From assembly GCA_028066595.1 (NCBI GenBank), contig JALCBJ010000005.1:43933-107932 (forward strand): a stretch of DNA of 64,000 nucleotides, given 5' to 3'. Positions 41,737 through 48,600 of this stretch are shown piece by piece; positions within the stretch are counted from its first letter, which is position 1, and every line of letters begins with the position of its first letter. The position numbers and the translations under genes are program-made. The DNA is from Thermoanaerobaculia bacterium. GTDB taxonomy: Bacteria > Acidobacteriota > Thermoanaerobaculia > Multivoradales > J023. Under the pieces are notes generated by a model. It was given only the letters and a program-made list of their open reading frames with translations, ran no database searches and was not told the origin of the DNA.

Positions 41737-41764
41737 TGGCGACAGCGCTCTGTCCAGGTATAAT
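41737..41764 (+). promoter_or_regulatory. candidate sigma-70 promoter (perfect TATAAT -10) about 120 nt upstream of tRNA-Arg
   Basis: TATAAT at 41759-41764 in an otherwise ~67% GC context. The TGGCGA -35 at 16-nt spacing is weak. Confidence 0.3.
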
Positions 41765-41883
41765 CCCGGCCCCGGGCGAGGCGGTCTCATAGTCCGGGCC
41801 GCGTCCACAGCCGGTGGGCTGACCCTCGGAGTCACGGTTGATGGCTCGGTCCTGTGCTTAGACGCGGCGTCGCCCAGCTCGAA

Positions 41884-41960
41884 GCGGCTGTAGCTCAGGT
41901 GGATAGAGCAGGAGTTTCCTAAACTCAAGGTCGGAGGTTCGAGTCCTCCCAGCCGCGCCA
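41884..41960 (+). tRNA. tRNA-Arg (anticodon CCT) with encoded CCA
   Basis: Folded by eye into a cloverleaf: acceptor GCGGCTG/CAGCCGC, D-arm GCTC..GAGC, anticodon loop TTCCTAA, T-arm GGAGG-TTCGAGT-CCTCC, 3' GCCA. Confidence 0.75.
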
Positions 41961-42066
41961 TCCAACCCGCGAACTTTCCGAACTCTCTCCGTGCGAGATC
42001 CCAACCCAAGCTCTCTCGAATACAAATTTCCGGCCATCCGGTCCGCCGGCACCGCAGGAGCCAGCC

Positions 42067-42783
42067 ATGAGTGAACGTCTGACACGCAAAGAGATCAAGC
42101 ACGACATCCGCGAGGACGAGGTCCAGTCGTTCCTACTCACGGCGGTCGAGAAGGTGATGGAGCGACCGAAGTTCTATGCTGGCCTGCTCGGCGCCTTCCT
42201 CGGTATCGGCGTCGTGATCAGTGCCGTCACGGCCTATCTCGATCATCGAGCTGACCAAGCCAGCTTCGAGTTGGCGGAAGCGATACGAGTCTACGGTGCG
42301 ACCGTGGATGCGGAGAAGCCTGATCCGAACGACCCGATCGCGCCGGTCTTTGCCAGTGAAGAAGAACGCCTGGAGGCGGTCAAGGAGAAGCTCGGCCAGA
42401 TCAGCAGTGGCACGCCCGCGGAGCTCGCGAAACTCTACGAGGCCGACATCGCCCTGGACAATGGCGATTCCGAGACCGCCCGTCAGATTTGGCAGGATTT
42501 CCTGAAGGGCCGCTCAGACCACGCCTTGGCGCTCTCGGTACGGCTCAACCTGCTGGCTCTCGATCGAGCCGAAGGTAAGGCCGAGCAAGTGGCCGATGCC
42601 TTGCAATCGCAGCTCGATTCCGTAGAAAAGGAACTACCCGAGGACGTTCTGCTCTTCGAGCTCGCCCAGACCCGCGATGCCCTGGGGCAGAGCGACGAGG
42701 CACAGGAGCTGTACCAGCGATTGGTCGACGAGCATCCGCAGTCTCCGTATACCGCGGAAGCTCGTCGCAACACGGCGAGCTGA
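42067..42783 (+). CDS. membrane-anchored TPR-like protein (YfgM-like architecture)
   Basis: Short cytoplasmic N-terminus, one TM helix (FYAGLLGAFLGIGVVISAV), then a helical TPR-like periplasmic domain. Confidence 0.5.
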   Translation: MSERLTRKEIKHDIREDEVQSFLLTAVEKVMERPKFYAGLLGAFLGIGVVISAVTAYLDHRADQASFELAEAIRVYGATVDAEKPDPNDPIAPVFASEEERLEAVKEKLGQISSGTPAELAKLYEADIALDNGDSETARQIWQDFLKGRSDHALALSVRLNLLALDRAEGKAEQVADALQSQLDSVEKELPEDVLLFELAQTRDALGQSDEAQELYQRLVDEHPQSPYTAEARRNTAS

Positions 42784-42794
42784 AGACCAGGCGG

Positions 42795-44276
42795 TCAGTC
42801 GACCCGCTGCCAACCTCGTTTTACGCCTTTCTCGATCATCTGCTCCGCCAACCGGGCTGCGGTCTCGCCGTCGGGTGCCAGCCGGACCTCCCGCTGGAGC
42901 GGCTCTTTTCGGCCGGGGCTATAGTCGGTCCAATGCACGACCCAGGCGGGGAATTCGGGGTCGACGTCTTCCTTGTTGGTCTTCCAGACCAGGAGCTTAC
43001 GAACCGCCTTCCGACCCTTCGTCTCCTTGACATAGACCTCTCGGCGTTGGACTTCGCTCTCTGGCCGCTCGATCCTGGCCACCTTTTCGTCCAGCTCTTC
43101 GAGCTGAACCCGTTCCAGGATCTGTCGTGCCCGCACATCGGTGACGTTGACTTCCTTGTCGTCGCGCCTTCGGACGAAAATCGGATGAATCATGCTCGCG
43201 CCGTTCTTTAGCTGAATGGGTGTCCATCCGGTCTGCGCTTCGAAGTCGAGCACCATACGGCGGATAGGCCGACCCTGTCCGTCGTCGACCTGCAGGTCTG
43301 TGACTTTGACCTCGACCACGACCTTGGGCTCCACGAAACGATAGAGCGCACCCGTCGAGCTGGCGAATCGATACTTCGACTCCGCAACGTCCGGGCGCAG
43401 CGCCTGAAACAGCTCTGCGCGGAATGCATCCGTTCCGAGATTGCCACAGGAGCCGAGAACCTGGAACTGTCCGTCTTCCCTCAGAAGAGCGAGGAGAATC
43501 GAGCGGACGTGGTCGGCAGCGTCCGTCTGCTCGGTGAAACCGATGATCGCTGCGTCGAGGTGGAAGACAGGTTTCAGCTTGTAGATGCGGCCGTCGTCCT
43601 GGCGAACGACCAAACCTTCGCCCTTCCCACCCTCGACCCAATCGGAAAAGCGTTGCTGTACTTCCTCGTAGGTATGAACCAGGTCGGTTCGGATCGCCTG
43701 GGCGCGCTGGCCGCCGTCGAAGAGCCGTTGCAGAACGGACAGCCGCTCACGGTATTCGGCGGGCGGATCCGGCGTCTCGGCGTCCCCGCCGGCCACGAGA
43801 TCGAAGGCGAAGAATCCAAGGCGCGCGACGTCGGCGTCTCGGCCTCCTCCGAGGGCAGCCCCAAGGTCGCCAACCCGGGGTCGACCGCCCTTGCGAAGCG
43901 CGAAGAGCTCGCCAGGGACCAGCAGCCAGCCACTCTCGCCGCCGTGAACCCTCGGGACCACGCGCTGCTGAATTTCTTTCATCAGGGGTAGCTCTCCGCC
44001 CAGGACCTTGCCGTTCGGTGCGATGAGAACGGGGTCCTCTTTCGAAGACGCGTCGATTGCCAGATACCAGAGCTGACCATCGATCTTTGGCGAAACGAGC
44101 ATGGGAGCATTGGGCAGCCGCCCGATCTCCTCGGGAGAGATGGCGCGGTAGCGACCGGCGACATTGCGCTTGTAGCCCGATGCACGAGCGGCCAGGTCAG
44201 AGTCGGTGATGCTGCCGGCGGGTGCCAAGAAGCCGTCACCCAATGGTCTCGCGCCGTCTCGGTGGTAGAAGGTCAC
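42795..44276 (-). CDS. ATP-dependent nucleic-acid ligase (nucleotidyltransferase + OB fold) with ~100-aa C-terminal extension
   Basis: Motif I 'SPKIDGQ' (KxDG). Motif III 'VPGELFA'. IIIa 'FFAFDLV'. IV 'EGLVVRQ'. V 'YKLKP'. VI-like 'IHPIFVRRRDDK'. GTG start overlaps the upstream stop (GTGA) per the ORF track. Confidence 0.7.
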   Translation of the reverse strand: MTFYHRDGARPLGDGFLAPAGSITDSDLAARASGYKRNVAGRYRAISPEEIGRLPNAPMLVSPKIDGQLWYLAIDASSKEDPVLIAPNGKVLGGELPLMKEIQQRVVPRVHGGESGWLLVPGELFALRKGGRPRVGDLGAALGGGRDADVARLGFFAFDLVAGGDAETPDPPAEYRERLSVLQRLFDGGQRAQAIRTDLVHTYEEVQQRFSDWVEGGKGEGLVVRQDDGRIYKLKPVFHLDAAIIGFTEQTDAADHVRSILLALLREDGQFQVLGSCGNLGTDAFRAELFQALRPDVAESKYRFASSTGALYRFVEPKVVVEVKVTDLQVDDGQGRPIRRMVLDFEAQTGWTPIQLKNGASMIHPIFVRRRDDKEVNVTDVRARQILERVQLEELDEKVARIERPESEVQRREVYVKETKGRKAVRKLLVWKTNKEDVDPEFPAWVVHWTDYSPGRKEPLQREVRLAPDGETAARLAEQMIEKGVKRGWQRVD

Positions 44277-45010
44277 GGACGATCCGCTTTCTGCTCGGCG
44301 GCTGTGTCTTCAGGTCGAGGCTCAGGCAGCTTCAGCTCCATATTGGAGAGGTGAAGGAGCAACATGTATTTCTCTCCGTCGACCCGGCCTTCCAGGAAGC
44401 CCCGATACGGTGTGCCGTTGCGTTGAAACACGAGGGGGTCCCGGCCCTTGGGTCCAGCGCCGACGATCACCACCTCGTCCGCCTGATCGAGTTCCTGCGC
44501 CATGCCGTGGAGGTAGTCGTAGGTGAGGCCGTCATAGTGCCGAACCTGCAATGTTCTGGCCACTGCGAACCGGCGTACGAGCTCGCCACGAGGGAGACGC
44601 CTGCCGGTCCAGCGGATCGGCAACTCCTCATTGACGTTCGGCTCTACATCTTGCGGTGTGCGGCGCTCTTTCTCGTCGCCAAGAGGATCCAGGATGACTT
44701 CTACCACCTCGGGAGGTGCGTGCAGCACGTCTCCCTCGGCGGAAAGATAGATCTGCATGGTCTCGCCGACGCTGCGCCCGACCTGTTCGAGATCCACTTC
44801 CGGATCGCCGGTGACGAGCGCTTCGCCGTAGTCTTCGCCGAAGCGCTCCAAGAGCTCCTCGTGCAAACCGGTTTCTGTAGCTGCAAGGTAGCGATGAAAC
44901 GAGACATCGTGACCCGGCAGGCCAAGGCGGTAGCGTTCGGCTGCCGCGAGACCGGCGAAGTCGACGGTGGCATCGCGACCCGCAGCATTGGTCAGGTGCA
45001 TCTTACGCAT
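44273..45010 (-). CDS. hypothetical protein (unknown fold), translationally coupled to the ligase
   Basis: 245 aa with no recognisable motifs. ATG at 45008-45010. Confidence 0.45.
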   Translation of the reverse strand: MRKMHLTNAAGRDATVDFAGLAAAERYRLGLPGHDVSFHRYLAATETGLHEELLERFGEDYGEALVTGDPEVDLEQVGRSVGETMQIYLSAEGDVLHAPPEVVEVILDPLGDEKERRTPQDVEPNVNEELPIRWTGRRLPRGELVRRFAVARTLQVRHYDGLTYDYLHGMAQELDQADEVVIVGAGPKGRDPLVFQRNGTPYRGFLEGRVDGEKYMLLLHLSNMELKLPEPRPEDTAAEQKADRP

Positions 45011-45040
45011 CGGCCAGCGGCTCTAATAGTGTCCTGTGCA

Positions 45041-45646
45041 CTAGAACATCTCGAAATCGAGTTCGTCGTCCAGGTCGTCTGCCCCGTCATCGACGTCCGG
45101 TAGCCGATGGGGCTCGCACCAGTCGGGGGAGGCTGGCTCACCGACCAACGTGAACACATCGCCTTCAGGATTGGCCACGAGAAAGGCCTGGCCCATCTTC
45201 CAGCCGCCGCGGTAGCTGAACGGCAGACGATAGATGTCGCCGGCTCGGAGGGACTCGTGCAGAGCCTCGTCGAAATCCTCCGGGGCGAGGGAATAGACCG
45301 ACTGCACACGTTGGTCCAGGAGGTCTTGTGGGTCTACCGGCCCTTCCAGCTCGACCGGTTCCCCCAGTGTCGACGGTACTTTTTCCAGAGGCTCCCCACC
45401 CTCACCGATCCCTTGCAGATCGCCGAACGGAATCCAATGGCCGTCGCCATCGAAGTAGCCTTGGGCCGTCATTCCGAGGCGCAGCAGCAGTGATCCGTCA
45501 TCGGTAAGAGATGCCCGATTGCAGGGCTCTCCGGCTGGATCGAGGTGGATACGCCGACGTCGGCCGTACAGCCGGCTGCGATCGATCTTGCGGAAGCCGA
45601 AGCTCGAGTTCCTGCCATCTCGTGTGACCACGATGGAGCGTGCCAT
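45041..45646 (-). CDS. hypothetical protein with acidic C-terminus
   Basis: 201 aa ending 'DVDDGADDLDDELDFEMF'. Its start is 46 nt downstream of the giant kinase gene stop. Confidence 0.4.
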   Translation of the reverse strand: MARSIVVTRDGRNSSFGFRKIDRSRLYGRRRRIHLDPAGEPCNRASLTDDGSLLLRLGMTAQGYFDGDGHWIPFGDLQGIGEGGEPLEKVPSTLGEPVELEGPVDPQDLLDQRVQSVYSLAPEDFDEALHESLRAGDIYRLPFSYRGGWKMGQAFLVANPEGDVFTLVGEPASPDWCEPHRLPDVDDGADDLDDELDFEMF

Positions 45647-45692
45647 GATCTTCCCTCGGGGATGGTGCCGTTCGAGGGCGTAGCTTATCGTT

Positions 45693-48600
45693 CTACAGCT
45701 CGATCTGTGCCGAGCCGCGAATCTTCAGCTCTTCGTAAGAGACCTCTGGTCGACTGTAGCGAAGACGTAACCCATCGATGCCCGGGCGCACCAAACACCA
45801 GCTCTGTTCGTGGAACAGGGGTACGAGATAGGCGTGCTCGGTCAAGCGGCGTTCGAACTCCAGGTACAGTGTGTGCCGTGCCTCGCGGTCGCTCTCGAGC
45901 AATGCTCGGTCCGCGAGGTGGCTGAGCTCCAGGTCGTCCCATTGGCGGGCCGTCGGGCCGTGCGCGATGGCCTGGGCGAACGATGCCGGGTCCGGGTAGT
46001 CGGCGATCCATCGATTGAAGACCACGTCGATTGCACCAAGGGAGGTCGAACGGAGTGTCTCCGAGAAATCTGCATGGGTGGGCACTACACGAACACCGAC
46101 GATCTCCAGCGCACCACGGATCTTGCGCCAGAGCTGGCGGTACTCGGCACCGTAGCCGGGATGGAGCGCAACGTTCAGTGTCAGTCCGTCGAGTCGCTCG
46201 GCGCCGGCGGTCGCAGATGCATGGGAGGAATCGGTCGTCGGATCAGAGAGCCCCAGGAGGCTCGGCGGGACTAGCCGGTTCGCCGGCCGACCCAACCGGC
46301 CCAGGGTTGATGGCAGCTCGGACCGAATGTTCGAAAGGAGAGCGGCCAGACTGCGCCGACAACCCGGGTCTGCCAGAGGGCCACGGACAGAAGTCAGTGT
46401 CGCAAAATAGGTAGAAAACGAGGGCTGCTCCATCAGACCCGCGGCATAGTCTGGCCGCCGGCTGAATGCCTCGAGATCCTCGGCAGCGAGTGTCGAGACC
46501 ATCGACAGCCGGCCTGAAGCGAAATCCTCGGCGGCTTGTTCTGGTTCGGTGCCCAACTCGAAGACCATCTCCGCGACCTTGGGCAGAGCGGGCTGGCGAT
46601 AGTCTCCGTTCGCTACCAAGTCGACCCGGCGACCCGGTTGGAAGTCTACGAGTCGAAAAGGCCCCGTCCCCGCGGTACCGTGACGCCAGGTAGGGCCAAA
46701 TTCCTCGGTTCCTTCCGGCACGATGGCCGTGGCGGCGTTCGACAGTAAGGCGGGGAAGTGCGGCACAGGTCGAACGAGAATCAGCTCCAACAGGTGCTCA
46801 CCGACGACCTGCACTCCGGTCAAGTCACCTCTTTCTTCTGCGGTCTCGCGGGCGCCTTCCAGAGCATCCAAGAAGCAATGCAGATCGGGGCTGCCGTGGG
46901 TCAGCAAGCGTCGAAATGAGTAGCGGACGTCGCGAGCCGTGAGGTAGCGACCGTTGTGGAATCGCGTCTTTCGTAGAGTGACGCGCCACCGCCGTCCACC
47001 GTCGTCCGACTCGAGATGCTTCGCGAGATGGGGCACCGCGTTCGCGGTCTCGTCGAGACGGGTCAGAGGCTCGAAGATGTTGGATACCACTTCGGCCGCA
47101 TCCACGTGGACGCACCATGCGGGATCGAGGGTGTCGACGTGTCCACCGAGAGCTACCACCAGACGACCGTCGCGGCGTTCAACCTCGTCCGGGCGGTCTC
47201 TTGGTCGCAAGCTCAGGCGGCTGTAGTTGACGAAGGGCGGCGTGGGGGAGGTTGCAAGGCCTCGGACCCGAGACGACATCAGTCGATACTCGACGTCATG
47301 AAATAGCGGCTGCACCAGATGTCGTCCGAGCAGGAGCTGCTCGAGGTGTCGGTATCGCCTGGTGCGCTCCTCGGAGTCCTTACAGAATCTGGCCTCTTCG
47401 ATCTGGGTGTCCAGCTCCCCGGAGGCGAAGAGAGATCGAAACAGGCCCGCCGAGGAATGGAAGGCGCCATAGAAGAATCCGTCGGGATCAGGATAGTCGG
47501 GCCACCAACGAGCGAATACCAGGTCGAAATCGGCTGGCTCGTTCATCTGACGAGCGAATTCGGCGATCGATACCTGGTGCCTATCGACGTCGATGCCGAG
47601 CCGGCTCCAGGCCTGACACAGAGCATCGGCGATGGGGCGATATTGATCGCTGAAGGCAGGGTGTTCGATCGCCCTCAGCCGAAGGGGCAGAGTGTGGAGG
47701 AATTCCATCGCTCGCAGCGCTTCGTCGTGCGGCATGGTGTCGGGGCGACCGTCGGCATGGTGATCGGAGATTCCTGGAGGCAGCCACCCCACGAGGGGCG
47801 TGGCGAAGCGAGGCAACGTCTTCCAGACGATCTGGGTTACGTCGACAGATGTGGCCAGCACGCGGCGTAGCTCCGGATCCCCCAGCGCCGGACCCCGAGG
47901 GTTGAGCAAGGTGAAGTAGACGTTGTTCTGAGGTGTGTCCGCTAGCCGATCGCTTCCCGGGCGTCTTTGGAACTCGGCTACGTCGGATGGAGAGAGATCG
48001 CGAGCCAGATCGAGCTCGCCTCGGCGCCAGGCAGCCGCAATGTCTCGGCTGTGGCGAAAGAACTCGACTTCCATTCGATCGACGAAGGGGTGGAGAGGAT
48101 GAGAGTCGTTGCGGGTCAGGACCAAGCGCTCTGGGCTACGGTGTGCGAGGCGAAATGCTCCGGTACCGATCGGTGGTGTGTCGCCGTCGTACCGGAGCGC
48201 GACCGCGATGCGTGGATCCGACAACAGCGCCGGGAATGCGGCCAGGGGGTCGCGAAGCCGGATCAACAACTCTTTCTCGTTTGGAGCGGCGACCTCGGCT
48301 ACCACGTCGAGCGCCGCGGGTCGTCTGCCAGCCGCAAGACGAGCTGCCTGGCGCAGCGAGGTCTGAACTGTCGTTGCGGTCAGTGGAGTACCGTCGCTGA
48401 AGGTTCGCCTCGTGTCGATTCGAAAGCGATAGGTCAGGCCATCGTCCGAGCACTCCCAAGAGGGTCCTAGGCACGGGTGAAGTGCACCGTCGGCGCTCGC
48501 GCGGAGGAGGGGCTCGAATATCAGTTGGGAGATCTCGGCGTCCTGCGCCGAAATCGCGTCCGTCGGATCGAGCCCGGTGAACGAACGGATCATGGCCACT

